Source: Rhabdothermincola salaria
GTDB lineage: Bacteria; Actinomycetota; Acidimicrobiia; Acidimicrobiales; Acidimicrobilacustridaceae
Length of the DNA stretch: 64,000 nucleotides
NCBI RefSeq assembly: GCF_021246445.1
Contig: NZ_JAJQXW010000001.1
Location: forward strand, 1,134,168-1,198,167
Direction of reading: 5' to 3'
Within the stretch, counting starts at the first letter, position 1. Each line of letters begins with the position of its first letter. The notes below the pieces were generated by a model, which was not told the origin of the DNA, did no database searches, and worked only from the letters and a program-made list of their open reading frames with translations. Shown piece after piece: positions 9,665 through 19,558 of this stretch. The translations under genes and the position numbers were made by a program.

Positions 9665-10789
9665 ATGGGGCAACGAGACAGCCGCCTGGCGGTCGTGGAG
9701 CAGTTCTTCGAGGGACCGCGCCAGCTCGATCGGCTCGACCTCATGACCGACGACGTCGAATGGTGGAACGGGCTCGGCCGGTTCCCCGCCGCCCCGGGCC
9801 AGACCGTGTTCCGGGGCAAGGACGAGATCGGTCGACTGGTCCTCGGCCGGGCCCCGTCGCCTCCCCAGCCCAACGGCCGCCGGGTCGACCGCTACGACCT
9901 CACCACCGCCCGCTTCGACGACGTGCACGTGGTCGCCGACGGTGCGTACGTGTTCCGCCAGCACACGTACCGGGCCACCACTCGCGCCGGGCGCCCCTAC
10001 GAGAACGTCTACGGCTTCTTGTTCCGCTTCGCCGACGACGACCGCATCGACCGCATCTGGGAGCACTGGGGCACCCTCACCGCCTACGAGACCCTCTTCC
10101 AGGGCCCGCTCGTCGTGCACGACCCCGACCTGTTGTTGCAGACCACGCCCTCGGTGCGGCGGCGACTCGATCTCGAACGCCCCGTCGAACGGGACGTGCT
10201 CGAGGAGTGCCTCGACCTGGCGGTGCACGCTCCCAACGGCTCCAACACCCAGCCCTACCGGTTCCTCTTCGTCGACGACGCCGATCGCCGCGCCGCCCTC
10301 GCCGACATCTACCGCGCCGCCATGGCCGACTTCGTGGCCCGGCCCCGCACCGACGCGGCCGAGGACAACGTGGACCGCAGCGGCGAAGCCCAGCAGCGCA
10401 TCGCCCGCAGCGTGGCCCACCTCGCCGAGCACCTCCACGAGGTGCCCGTGCTGTGCGTCCCCCTCGTGGCCGGGCGGACCGACGGCGCCGGGGCGGGAGC
10501 CCACGCCGACCGGACCAGTGCGTTCTGGCAGGCCAACCGCTGGGGGTCGGTGATCCCCGCCCTGTGGTCGTTCATGCTGGCTCTGCGCTCTCGCGGGCTC
10601 GGCTCGGCGTGGACCACGCTCACGCTCGTGCGCGAGCGCGAGGTGGCCGAGGTCCTCGACATCCCCTTCGAGAAGTGGATGCAGGTGGGCCTGTTCCCCA
10701 TCGCCCACACGATCGGGACCGACTTCCGACCCACGCCGCGCAGGCCTGCTGCCGAGATGATGCGCTGGAACGCGTTCCGAGGCGACTGA
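9665..10789 (+). CDS. SnoaL/NTF2-like domain fused to nitroreductase
   Basis: N-term DDVEWW..GRPYENVYGFLFRF..RIWEHW; C-term TTPSVRRRLD, APNGSNTQ, RSRGLGSAWTTL. Confidence 0.85.
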   Translation: MGQRDSRLAVVEQFFEGPRQLDRLDLMTDDVEWWNGLGRFPAAPGQTVFRGKDEIGRLVLGRAPSPPQPNGRRVDRYDLTTARFDDVHVVADGAYVFRQHTYRATTRAGRPYENVYGFLFRFADDDRIDRIWEHWGTLTAYETLFQGPLVVHDPDLLLQTTPSVRRRLDLERPVERDVLEECLDLAVHAPNGSNTQPYRFLFVDDADRRAALADIYRAAMADFVARPRTDAAEDNVDRSGEAQQRIARSVAHLAEHLHEVPVLCVPLVAGRTDGAGAGAHADRTSAFWQANRWGSVIPALWSFMLALRSRGLGSAWTTLTLVREREVAEVLDIPFEKWMQVGLFPIAHTIGTDFRPTPRRPAAEMMRWNAFRGD

Positions 10790-10925
10790 CCCGCCGCGAC
10801 CAGCACGCACCGACCCCCCCCCGGCCGGGGCGCGACGTCCATCGGCGCCCGTCGCGCCGCCGCTGTCGCCTCGACCGGGCGCCCGAGGGATCGAGCCACA
10901 TCCGTGTCACGGCTACCGTGCCCGC

Positions 10926-12128
10926 ATGCTTCGACATGCACGACGCCTCATGGTGGCCCTCGTCGCCGCCGGGCTCGGCGCGGCCCTGCTCGGCGCCTGC
11001 TCCGACGGCGACCAGACGACCGCCAGCGAAGACCCCGCCACCACCGCCACCGCCCTCGGGGACCAGATCATCGCCGGCGACGATCCGCGTGCCGATCAGA
11101 TCGTGGGCATCGTCGACGAAGCAGTCGCCGAGCTCGACCTGCAGTCGGTGGTGTTCGGCGTGTGGGACGGCGACACCGAGGTGGTGCGCGGTGCGATGGA
11201 CGGGCCGGGCGCTTTCGCTCCCACCAGCCCGGACGCCCTGGTGCGGGTGGGCCAGCCCATGGAGTCGATGATGGCGACCGTGGCGCTGCAGCTCGACGAG
11301 GAAGACGTCCTCTCCCTCGACCAGACCGTCGAGTCCTACCTGCCTGACCTGGTCGACGGTGACCAGATCACGGTGGCCATGCTGGGCAACACCACGTCGG
11401 GGACGCCCGACTTCATCCCCAACGAGGCGTTCGTGGCGGCCGTCGACGCCAACCCGTTCCGGGAGTGGTCCTACGACGAGCTGCTCGACTACGCCCAGCA
11501 GTCGCCCCCCTTGTTCCCCCCTGGAGAGGGGTGGGCCTACTCCCACACCGACCTGGCCAGCCTGGGCGCCGTGCTGGAGGCGGCCACCGGCCAGACCATG
11601 GGCGAGCTGCTCGAGGAACGCATCTTCGACCCGCTGGACATGGACAGCGCCACATGGGTCACGAGCAACGAGATCGGCCAGCCGGCGTTCCACGCCTACA
11701 CGAACGAACGCGGGGTGTACGAGGAGTCCACCATGTGGAATCCCACCTGGGCCCTCAACAGCGGCAACATGAACGCGAACGTGGCCGACCTGGGGCGGTG
11801 GACGCGTGCGTTCGGCACCGGTGAGCTGGTCAGCGACGAGGCGTTCGCCCTCCAGCTCGACCCGGCCAACACCGCCGGGCTCGGTCCCATGACCGACGAG
11901 CGGTACTTCTCCTTCGGGATCGGCGTGCTCGGCGACTGGCTGGTGGCCAACCCGAGCCTCCAGGGCTACCGGGGCGTGACCGCCTATCTGTCCGACCCCT
12001 CGCTCACGATCGTCGTCTACACCACGGGCAACATCGACAACGCCGGCACCGACAACGACGCCATCACCGTGGCCAACCGCATCGCCGACCTCCTCTCGCC
12101 CGACGCCCCCCTCGACGCCCCGACCTGA
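10926..12128 (+). CDS. Beta-lactamase-family serine hydrolase-like lipoprotein lacking catalytic SxxK
   Basis: Lipobox LLGAC; family fold motifs (LFPPGEGWAYSHTD, ERIFDPLDM) but RVGQPME at the SxxK position. Confidence 0.8.
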   Translation: MLRHARRLMVALVAAGLGAALLGACSDGDQTTASEDPATTATALGDQIIAGDDPRADQIVGIVDEAVAELDLQSVVFGVWDGDTEVVRGAMDGPGAFAPTSPDALVRVGQPMESMMATVALQLDEEDVLSLDQTVESYLPDLVDGDQITVAMLGNTTSGTPDFIPNEAFVAAVDANPFREWSYDELLDYAQQSPPLFPPGEGWAYSHTDLASLGAVLEAATGQTMGELLEERIFDPLDMDSATWVTSNEIGQPAFHAYTNERGVYEESTMWNPTWALNSGNMNANVADLGRWTRAFGTGELVSDEAFALQLDPANTAGLGPMTDERYFSFGIGVLGDWLVANPSLQGYRGVTAYLSDPSLTIVVYTTGNIDNAGTDNDAITVANRIADLLSPDAPLDAPT

Positions 12129-12240
12129 CGAGTCGGCCCCGACGATCCGCACGCGCTTGCGACGCCGACCGCCACCACGAAGCCGCCTCGGCCCACCGTG
12201 GGCCATGCTTGTCTGCTGACGATCCACCAGGAGCCCACCG

Positions 12241-13881
12241 ATGTCCGTCCGTCGCCCTGCTTTCCGAGTCCTCGCCGTGGGGCTGGTGCTCGCCGCCCTC
12301 GCGACGTCGTGCACCTCCGACGACGGTGACGACGGAGCCACCGCTCCGGATGCCACGGAGACATCCGTCGCCGTCGAGACGAACCACGACGACCAATCTC
12401 CCTCGGTCGTCTCCGCGGTCGCCATCCCCGACGGGCAGATCGACGCCGCCCTCGCGCAGTTGCCCGAGATCATCGAGGAGATGCAGGCCCGCAGCGGTGT
12501 CCCCGGCGTGGCGGTGGCGGTGGTCCACGACGACGAGGTCGTCTTCGCCGAGGGCTACGGCGTGCGCAGCACCGACACCGACGAGCCGGTCGACACCGAC
12601 ACCGTGTTCCAGATCGCCTCGCTCTCCAAGCCGGTGAGCGCCACCGCCATGGCCAGCCTGGTCGGCAAGGGCGAGATCGCCTGGGACGACCCCGTCGTCG
12701 AGCACTTGCCCGGCTTCGCGCTCTCCGACCCGGTCACCACCCAGCTGGTCACCGTCGCCGATCTGTTCTCGCACCGCAGCGGGCTTCCCGACCACGCCGG
12801 CGACCTGCTGGAGGACCTCGGCTACGACCGCACGGCGGTGCTCGAGCGGCTCCGCTTCCTTCCCCTCGACGCCTTCCGCGACAGCTACGCCTACACCAAC
12901 TTCGGGCTCACCGCGGCGGCCGAAGCAGCGGCCGCGGCCGTCGGGACCGAGTGGGCCGACATCGTCCAACAAGAGGTCTTCGACCCGCTCGGGATGTCGT
13001 CGTCGAGCGATCGCTTCGCCGACTACGAGGCCCGGGAGAACAAGGCCGCCACCCACGTCGAGGTCGACGGCGAGTGGCAGCCGCTCTACGTCCGCCAGCC
13101 CGACGCCCAATCGCCCGCCGGGGGCGTCAGCTCCTCGGCGAACGACATGGCCCAGTGGCTCCGGCTGCGCCTGGCCGAGGGCACCTACGACGGCGACCAG
13201 CTCATCGACCCCGAGGCGCTGGCCGCCACCACCACGCCACAGTCGCTCAGCGGGCCGCCGGCCACGCCCGACGCCCGCTCGGGCTTCTACGGCCTCGGCA
13301 TCGGCGTGGGCAACGACTGGACCGGCCGCGTACGCCTCAGCCACTCCGGGGCCTTCGCCCTCGGAGCGGCCACCGTGATCAACCTGCTCCCCTCCGAGGA
13401 CCTCGGCATCGTGGTGCTCACCAACGGCATGCCCGTCGGGCTCCCCGAGGCCATCGCCGCCACCTTCATGGACCTGGTCGAGACCGGTGAGGTCGAGCGT
13501 GACTGGCTCGACGGCTACGGAGCCGTCATGGCTCAGATGTTCGTGAACCCGAGCGTGCTGGCCGATGAGCAGCCTCCGGCGTTCCCCGCCCCGGCACGAG
13601 CCCCAGAGGCCTACCTGGGCACCTACGCCAACGACTACTACGGCCCCCTGGGCGTCGTCGTCGAAGGGGAGGGCCGCCTGGTCATGACCCTCGGCCCGGC
13701 ACCCGAGAGCTTCCTACTCACCCATTGGGACGGCGACCGCTTCGCGTACGAGCCGACCGGCGAGAACGCGGTCGGGATCAGCGAGGTCACCTTCGAGATG
13801 GGCCCCGACGGTCAGGCCACGACCGCTCGGGTCGAGTTCCTCGACCGCAACGGTCTCGGCACCTTCACCCGGACCAGCTGA
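12241..13881 (+). CDS. Beta-lactamase-family serine hydrolase lipoprotein with C-terminal DUF3471-like domain
   Basis: Lipobox LATSC; FQIASLSK (SxxK); YAYTN (YxN); HSG; YLGTYANDYYG. Confidence 0.9.
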   Translation: MSVRRPAFRVLAVGLVLAALATSCTSDDGDDGATAPDATETSVAVETNHDDQSPSVVSAVAIPDGQIDAALAQLPEIIEEMQARSGVPGVAVAVVHDDEVVFAEGYGVRSTDTDEPVDTDTVFQIASLSKPVSATAMASLVGKGEIAWDDPVVEHLPGFALSDPVTTQLVTVADLFSHRSGLPDHAGDLLEDLGYDRTAVLERLRFLPLDAFRDSYAYTNFGLTAAAEAAAAAVGTEWADIVQQEVFDPLGMSSSSDRFADYEARENKAATHVEVDGEWQPLYVRQPDAQSPAGGVSSSANDMAQWLRLRLAEGTYDGDQLIDPEALAATTTPQSLSGPPATPDARSGFYGLGIGVGNDWTGRVRLSHSGAFALGAATVINLLPSEDLGIVVLTNGMPVGLPEAIAATFMDLVETGEVERDWLDGYGAVMAQMFVNPSVLADEQPPAFPAPARAPEAYLGTYANDYYGPLGVVVEGEGRLVMTLGPAPESFLLTHWDGDRFAYEPTGENAVGISEVTFEMGPDGQATTARVEFLDRNGLGTFTRTS

Positions 13882-13884
13882 CCT

Positions 13885-14328
13885 TCACCCCGATCGGAAG
13901 TGCCGCGCCACCTGGCGCTCCAGCGCTTCGGCCGGCGCCGCGCCCGCCGCCACCCGGTCGCGCAGCTCGATGGTGTCGGCGATGGTCTGGCGGCCCTCTT
14001 CGGTCGACAGCCGACCCTCGGCGACAGCCCGGGTCAGATCGCACTCGAAGAGCGAGCAGGCCCGCGGGCGGTGCCGGGCGTAGATGGAGCACACGCCGTC
14101 GACCACCGCCGGGCACGGCAGTGCGAACACGGGCGGATCGGCCGCCACGATGACCTCCACCCCCATGGCCATGAGCGGCGCCCCGAGGTCGCTCTCGTCG
14201 CTCAGCGCCAAGTGGCTCAGCAAGGTGCCGTCGCAGCACAGACCGCAGCCGACGCACAGCGACGGGGAATCGGGGATCGACTCGCCGCTCATGGCCCAAC
14301 CATCGCGCACGCGGCCGTCAGGCGTCAT
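13885..14328 (-). CDS. YkgJ-family cysteine-cluster protein
   Basis: CVGCGLCCDG, PCP, CSIY..RPRACSLFEC; ATGA overlap with upstream gene (alternative start 14292). Confidence 0.8.
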   Translation of the reverse strand: MTPDGRVRDGWAMSGESIPDSPSLCVGCGLCCDGTLLSHLALSDESDLGAPLMAMGVEVIVAADPPVFALPCPAVVDGVCSIYARHRPRACSLFECDLTRAVAEGRLSTEEGRQTIADTIELRDRVAAGAAPAEALERQVARHFRSG

Positions 14329-16721
14329 CCCGCCGCCTCGGTGGAGGGGCCCACCAGCTCCGCCGCCATCCGGGCCCACTGGATCGGCCCGGCGTCGGGC
14401 ATGTAGGCGCGGGCGATGGCGATGCCGATCTCGGCCAGGGCCGTCTCGTCCGGGAAGACCAGGTGGATGGCCCGGAACTCGGGTTTGAACTTGGCCTTGA
14501 AGCGCAGCAGCGAGCGGAAGCCGTAGTACGGCTCGAGGGTGTCACCGAGCAGGTCGAGCAGGGCCTGCAGCACCCGTTGGTCGCTGTCGCCGGCCGCGGT
14601 GTCGGGGGCCTTGGCCAGCGGCGCCGCCGACAGCGACAGGAACTCGTAGCCCTCCTCCTGGAACTGCAGGGCGCTGGCTCCGATCAGGAACTCCATGACG
14701 GGTCGGAAGGCACCGCCCTCGCGCCGGCGCATGAGATCGACGGTCCAGCCCACGACCTCGCCGTCGCGGGCCACCGGCAGCCACGAGGTGAACCCCTCGA
14801 CGGTGCGATCGGCATCGATCGCCAGGTGCAGCCGGACCTCGGGGTCGTCGGCCTCGGCCAGCGTGCCGAGCGTGAAGCCCATCTCGGGCAGCGCCTTGTC
14901 GGAGACCCAGCCCTGGCTGATGACCCGCAGCTGGTCGGCGATGGCGGGCGGGCAGTCCGCCCAACGGGTCACCTCGAGCACCACCTCCTGCTTGCCGGCC
15001 TTGTTGATGGCGGTGCGCACGTCCTGCCAGGCCTTGCCCTTGAACTCGAGTCCGGGGAGCGGGACCACGGCGTCCTCGCCGACCTGCACCGCCTTCCAAC
15101 CCTGCGCGCCGGCGTCGGCCACGGTGTCGGCACCCGCAGCGAACAGGCACGGGGTCCACCCCCGCAGCTCGCAGTACTCGTCGAAGCGGGCCAGGGCGTC
15201 GGCCCGCTCGGCCGCGGGACCCACGGGGTCGCCCAGGCAGAGGGCGACCGTGCCCACCACCCGGTAGCCGATCGCGGTCGTCCCCGACGGCGCGAACCAG
15301 ACGGTGGTGCCGGGCCAGGTGAGCATCCACTCGATCGACGAGGTGCTGGGCGAGTCCCGCAGCAGACGGCGGATGCGCTCGTCCTGGTCGGGCGGCGACG
15401 GCGTGCGCCGCGAGGCGTACATCGCCCCCACGAGGGTGACGAGGATGGCCCCGGCCCACACGGCGGCGATCGAGTCGAGGAAGAGGCGCGCCGCGTCGGT
15501 GAGGGGTTCGACCGCATCGGTGGAGAACGTCACGCGGTCGGCGAACTCCTCGAACGCCGTCGCCACCGTGAGAGGGGGCGCCACATCGTCTTGGAGGACC
15601 ACGAAACCGAGCACGGTGTACACGAACAGCACGACCAGGACCACGAGCAGGCGGCGCACCACCCGGGCCGTGGTGCCCTCGGGGGCTCGGGCCGTGAAGG
15701 CTCCCACCGTCACGGCCAGCAGGACGGCCTGCAACCCGAGGAGCACGAGGTCGGCACGGGTCTCCGCGCTGTCGGGACCAGCCAGCAAACCGACGACGCC
15801 GAGCACGGTGGGCACTGCGGTGAACCACCACGCGACGCGCTTGCCGCGCCGCAACCCGTCGGCGGTCACCAACCAGAACAGCGCCACCACCACCACGCCG
15901 AGGGAGAGCCCGACGGGTTGGTACCGGTCGCCGCCGTCGTGGAAGGGTCCGCCGTTGCCGGGGAACGCCGCCTCGACGAGGTTGGCGACGGCGAAGACGG
16001 CGACGACCAGCGCCACCGACGCCCGCTGGGTCCGGCGACCGAAGTGCCACTCGGGCCACCGGGGTGCCCGCCCCACCAGGAGCGGCCCGGCGACCAGGCC
16101 GATACCCCATCCGAGCAGGTGCTCGAGGTCCCACAGCAGGCCGGAGCCCAACAACATGGCCACGAGGTACGCGCTGGCGGCGACGCGGACCCGGGTGCGC
16201 CAGACCGGTTGCATCACGGCGGTGAGGGCACCGAGCGCGGCGAACCCGCCGGCCGAGAGACCGAGGTCGAGACGGTCCGCCAGCTCGGCCGCCCATGTCC
16301 AGCCGGAGTCCTGGAAGGGCGCCAAGAGGGCGGCCGCCGCCAGGGCGGCCAGGACCTGGCCACCCACCACGACCACCAGGGTGCGCCAGGCTCCGACCCT
16401 CCGCTCGTAGGTGCCGGCGACCACGGCCACCAGCACGAGGATGGGGGCGTAGAGGACCAACTGGGGCGTCAGGAACCCACCCGTGAGGAAGTTCCACGGC
16501 TCACCGTCCTGCCATGCGGGCAGCCCGTAGCCGAACCGGTCGTACAGGGCCGGATCCTCGGCGGCGTCGTTCCACAGCGCCCCGGTGAGCACGCTGGCGA
16601 CGGTGATCGTCACCAACAGCAGCGAGGTGGCTGGATGGGTCCGCACCACCGACACCAGCCGGTCGAGCACGGACCCGTACCCTGCCGCGCCTGCGGGTTG
16701 CGTGGCCTCGGGGTCGGACAT
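14325..16721 (-). CDS. MprF/LysX-like aminoacyl-phospholipid synthase (membrane domain + DUF2156)
   Basis: Many TMs; CLGDPVG, GKAWQDVRTAINKA, EMGFTLG, DLMRR, YGFRSLLRFKAKF. Confidence 0.9.
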   Translation of the reverse strand: MSDPEATQPAGAAGYGSVLDRLVSVVRTHPATSLLLVTITVASVLTGALWNDAAEDPALYDRFGYGLPAWQDGEPWNFLTGGFLTPQLVLYAPILVLVAVVAGTYERRVGAWRTLVVVVGGQVLAALAAAALLAPFQDSGWTWAAELADRLDLGLSAGGFAALGALTAVMQPVWRTRVRVAASAYLVAMLLGSGLLWDLEHLLGWGIGLVAGPLLVGRAPRWPEWHFGRRTQRASVALVVAVFAVANLVEAAFPGNGGPFHDGGDRYQPVGLSLGVVVVALFWLVTADGLRRGKRVAWWFTAVPTVLGVVGLLAGPDSAETRADLVLLGLQAVLLAVTVGAFTARAPEGTTARVVRRLLVVLVVLFVYTVLGFVVLQDDVAPPLTVATAFEEFADRVTFSTDAVEPLTDAARLFLDSIAAVWAGAILVTLVGAMYASRRTPSPPDQDERIRRLLRDSPSTSSIEWMLTWPGTTVWFAPSGTTAIGYRVVGTVALCLGDPVGPAAERADALARFDEYCELRGWTPCLFAAGADTVADAGAQGWKAVQVGEDAVVPLPGLEFKGKAWQDVRTAINKAGKQEVVLEVTRWADCPPAIADQLRVISQGWVSDKALPEMGFTLGTLAEADDPEVRLHLAIDADRTVEGFTSWLPVARDGEVVGWTVDLMRRREGGAFRPVMEFLIGASALQFQEEGYEFLSLSAAPLAKAPDTAAGDSDQRVLQALLDLLGDTLEPYYGFRSLLRFKAKFKPEFRAIHLVFPDETALAEIGIAIARAYMPDAGPIQWARMAAELVGPSTEAAG

Positions 16722-16819
16722 CGGGCGAGACTAGGCGACGAAGGTCGATCGCCGACCGGGATGGACGCAGCCGAACCGAGGCTCGAGTGGGACGAGGATC
16801 CGACGACGCCAGTACCGCG

Positions 16820-17218
16820 ATGGTGCCCCCTGGCGATGAACCGTCCGTGACCGACCTGGACCCGATCGACACCTTGGACCTCGCCGGCCCCCGCACGGGT
16901 CCGCCGGTCATCCCCATCGCCATGCTGGCCATCACCACGATGGCCGCCGTGGTGCTCACCATCGGGGCGTTGGTCGACGGCGCTGGTTCCACCGACGACA
17001 TCTCGACCGCCGCCCTCCTGGCCTGGGCCTTCGGCTCGTTCCTGGGCCTCATGGAGTTCGCCTGGTTCGGCACGCTCGACGCCCGTCGACGGGCCACGGG
17101 TCGCTACGTCGAAGCCTCCTGGAAACCACGGACCGTGGCCCTGGCCCTGGCCGTGGTCGGCTGGCTGGCCGGCGCCGGCGGTGCCTTCCTGGTCGCCCAG
17201 GCGGTCGCTCGTCGATGA
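16820..17218 (+). CDS. Small membrane protein (3 TM), coupled to vWA gene
   Basis: Hydrophobic segments; stop overlaps vWA start (ATGA); start uncertain (16787 or 16820). Confidence 0.7.
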   Translation: MVPPGDEPSVTDLDPIDTLDLAGPRTGPPVIPIAMLAITTMAAVVLTIGALVDGAGSTDDISTAALLAWAFGSFLGLMEFAWFGTLDARRRATGRYVEASWKPRTVALALAVVGWLAGAGGAFLVAQAVARR

Positions 17219-19539
17219 CCGGCCGTACCCGGCACGCGGCCCTCGTCGCGCTCCTCGCGCTGATCCTCACGATCAGCGCCGTGCCGGTCAGCCACCCGGC
17301 CGGCGCCCAAGCGCCCACCGGCGCCACGCCGGCCGACTGCAGCGAGCGCGTCGAGGTCCTCTTGCTGATCGACGAGTCGGCCAGCCTGGACACCACCGAC
17401 CCCGGCAACGAGCGTGTCGCCGCCGGCGAGATCCTGGTGCGCAGCCTGGCGGCGTCGGCATCCGCCTCGGGGGGCACCGTCGGGTTGACCATCGCCGGCT
17501 TCGCCTCGGCGGTCGAAGAGGCGGGCCAGGCCACCCTCCCTCAGGAGACCGACGCCGCCGTCGGTGTCGTGGCGTCGTTCGCCGACCGACGCGAGGGCCG
17601 CAACACCGACTACGTGCTGGCCCTGCGCTACGCGGCCGAGTACTTCACCACCCTCACGGAGGTGCCCACCGACTGCAAGCGCCTGGTGTGGTTCACCGAC
17701 GGCGCCTACAGCATCGACGACGTCGAGGCCCCGGGCATCGCCACCTACACCGCCTCCACCGACGCCGACGCGATCGAGGACGAGTTCGAGGGCCAGACCT
17801 GCGGCGCCCTCCCCGCCCCCAGCCGCCTCACGGCTCCCCTGAGCGAACAGATCCGGGCAGCCGGGTTCGTCGTGCAGCTGGTCGACTTCCTGGGTTCGGG
17901 AACGCCCACCTCGGCCGAGGCCGCCGACCGAGCCGCCACTGCGCCGGTCATCGATCGCCTCCTGACCGGCGACGACACCGAGCCCTGCCGGGTCCCCGGT
18001 GGCCGGGTGGAGGCGAGCCAGGCCAGTGCGCTCGCCGTGGAGTTCTTCAACCAGGGCCAGATCGCCCTCGGTCGCCGAGAGGTCTCGTGCGACCTCCTCG
18101 CGACCGGCTTGCCGGCCCCTCTCACCCGCGCCGTCACGGTCCGCGCCGACCCACCGGGGGCCACGGTCACCCTCGTGCGCGACGGCTCGACGGTCGCGTC
18201 CGGTGCCGGGTACGCCACCTTCGTGGCCCCTGACGACGTCGGGGCGGTCGGTCGGGTCACCGTCCAGGTGTCCGGCGGTGCCCCCGCCGGGTGCTTCGCC
18301 GACCTGGCCGCGCTGATCAGCCCGGCCGGCGAGGCGACCATCTTCGGGGCGGCCGAGTCGAGCACAGTCCGCGTCGACGTCTTCGGGGCGGCCGCGCCGG
18401 CGTCGGGCACGGCCGGCGAGCGCCTCGGTCCCGATGCCGTCGACGTCACGGCCCGCACCGGTGACCAGGACCTGGCGGTGACCTGGCAGGAAGCCGGCCG
18501 CACCTGGGAGATCACCGTCCCGGGACCGGTCGACGCTCCCCCGACGATCGTGATCGAAGCCACCACACCGGAATGGGGGCCGGTGGGTTCGCTCACCCAG
18601 GAGGTCAGCATCCTCGGGTCCCCGCCGGTGCCCGCCGTGGTGTGGGACGGCCCCGACACCATCGAGGGCGACGGCACCTTCAGAGGTCGCCTCACCGTGC
18701 TCCCCGGAGCGTCCACCGACGGCACCCTGTGCGTCACGTTCGGCGACGCCCAGGTCGACCGCGACGGCGTCACCGTGCGCCCGAGCGACCCCGAGGTCTG
18801 CGGGGCGGACACCCAGCCGTTCGACATCGGCGCCGAGATCGTGGTGGACGGAGTCCGCAACGACACCGCCACGGTGACCCTTCCCTACACGGTCACCTAT
18901 GCACCTCCTGGCGCCACCCAGGGTCAACCCCTCGGCGAGGGCGGGGAGGTGGCCTTTCCGACGCTCACCTTGACGCGCCCGGCCGACGCCGCCACCAGCG
19001 CCCTCATCACGGTCGGCCTGGTCGTCGTGTCGAGCCTGCTCCCCCTCGGCCTGCTGCTGTTGCTGGTCAACCTCCAGCGGCGCCTCCCGTCACCCGACGG
19101 CCGCCGCCTCGCCACGCTGGCGCTGCGCTCCGACGGCGGCGCCCTGGAGCTCGCCCCCGGTGCCGCGCTCGCCGACTCCGACCTCCGCCCCGTCTCCGGG
19201 ACCCGAAGCCGCTACGACCTGGCCCCGGGCCTGGTGATCACCGGACGCCCCACACCAAACCCGTTCGCGGCCGTCACCGTCGAGGTGACCAGCGAGATCG
19301 GTCCGGTGACGGCGGTGCCGTGGATGGCCGCGGGCCCGGGCCGATCGGTCGAGGTGCCCGCCGCGTTCGAGTTCCTCGTGCTGTTGCGCAGCGATCCGGG
19401 TTCCGACCACGGGGAGGCCCTGGTCGTCGTCCCGCCGGGTGCCGGTGCCGCCGAGGCCGAGGAGGCGGCGCAGCGGGCTCTGGCCTCCAGCAACCGGCTC
19501 TGGTCTCGGATCGCCAGCGTGACCAGTCGCGGGATCTGA
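17215..19539 (+). CDS. Secreted/membrane-anchored von Willebrand factor A domain protein
   Basis: Signal peptide; MIDAS DESAS, TDY, WFTDG; TM near residue 600; cytoplasmic tail. Confidence 0.85.
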   Translation: MTGRTRHAALVALLALILTISAVPVSHPAGAQAPTGATPADCSERVEVLLLIDESASLDTTDPGNERVAAGEILVRSLAASASASGGTVGLTIAGFASAVEEAGQATLPQETDAAVGVVASFADRREGRNTDYVLALRYAAEYFTTLTEVPTDCKRLVWFTDGAYSIDDVEAPGIATYTASTDADAIEDEFEGQTCGALPAPSRLTAPLSEQIRAAGFVVQLVDFLGSGTPTSAEAADRAATAPVIDRLLTGDDTEPCRVPGGRVEASQASALAVEFFNQGQIALGRREVSCDLLATGLPAPLTRAVTVRADPPGATVTLVRDGSTVASGAGYATFVAPDDVGAVGRVTVQVSGGAPAGCFADLAALISPAGEATIFGAAESSTVRVDVFGAAAPASGTAGERLGPDAVDVTARTGDQDLAVTWQEAGRTWEITVPGPVDAPPTIVIEATTPEWGPVGSLTQEVSILGSPPVPAVVWDGPDTIEGDGTFRGRLTVLPGASTDGTLCVTFGDAQVDRDGVTVRPSDPEVCGADTQPFDIGAEIVVDGVRNDTATVTLPYTVTYAPPGATQGQPLGEGGEVAFPTLTLTRPADAATSALITVGLVVVSSLLPLGLLLLLVNLQRRLPSPDGRRLATLALRSDGGALELAPGAALADSDLRPVSGTRSRYDLAPGLVITGRPTPNPFAAVTVEVTSEIGPVTAVPWMAAGPGRSVEVPAAFEFLVLLRSDPGSDHGEALVVVPPGAGAAEAEEAAQRALASSNRLWSRIASVTSRGI

Positions 19540-19558
19540 GCCGACGGGGTCCGCCGAC

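Noticed and set aside
14463..16850. Long antisense and alternate-frame ORFs (also 31372-33039, 45170-47671, 58393-61233 and many others)
   Set aside because: Expected shadow ORFs of high-GC coding DNA; no family motifs, and they overlap well-supported genes
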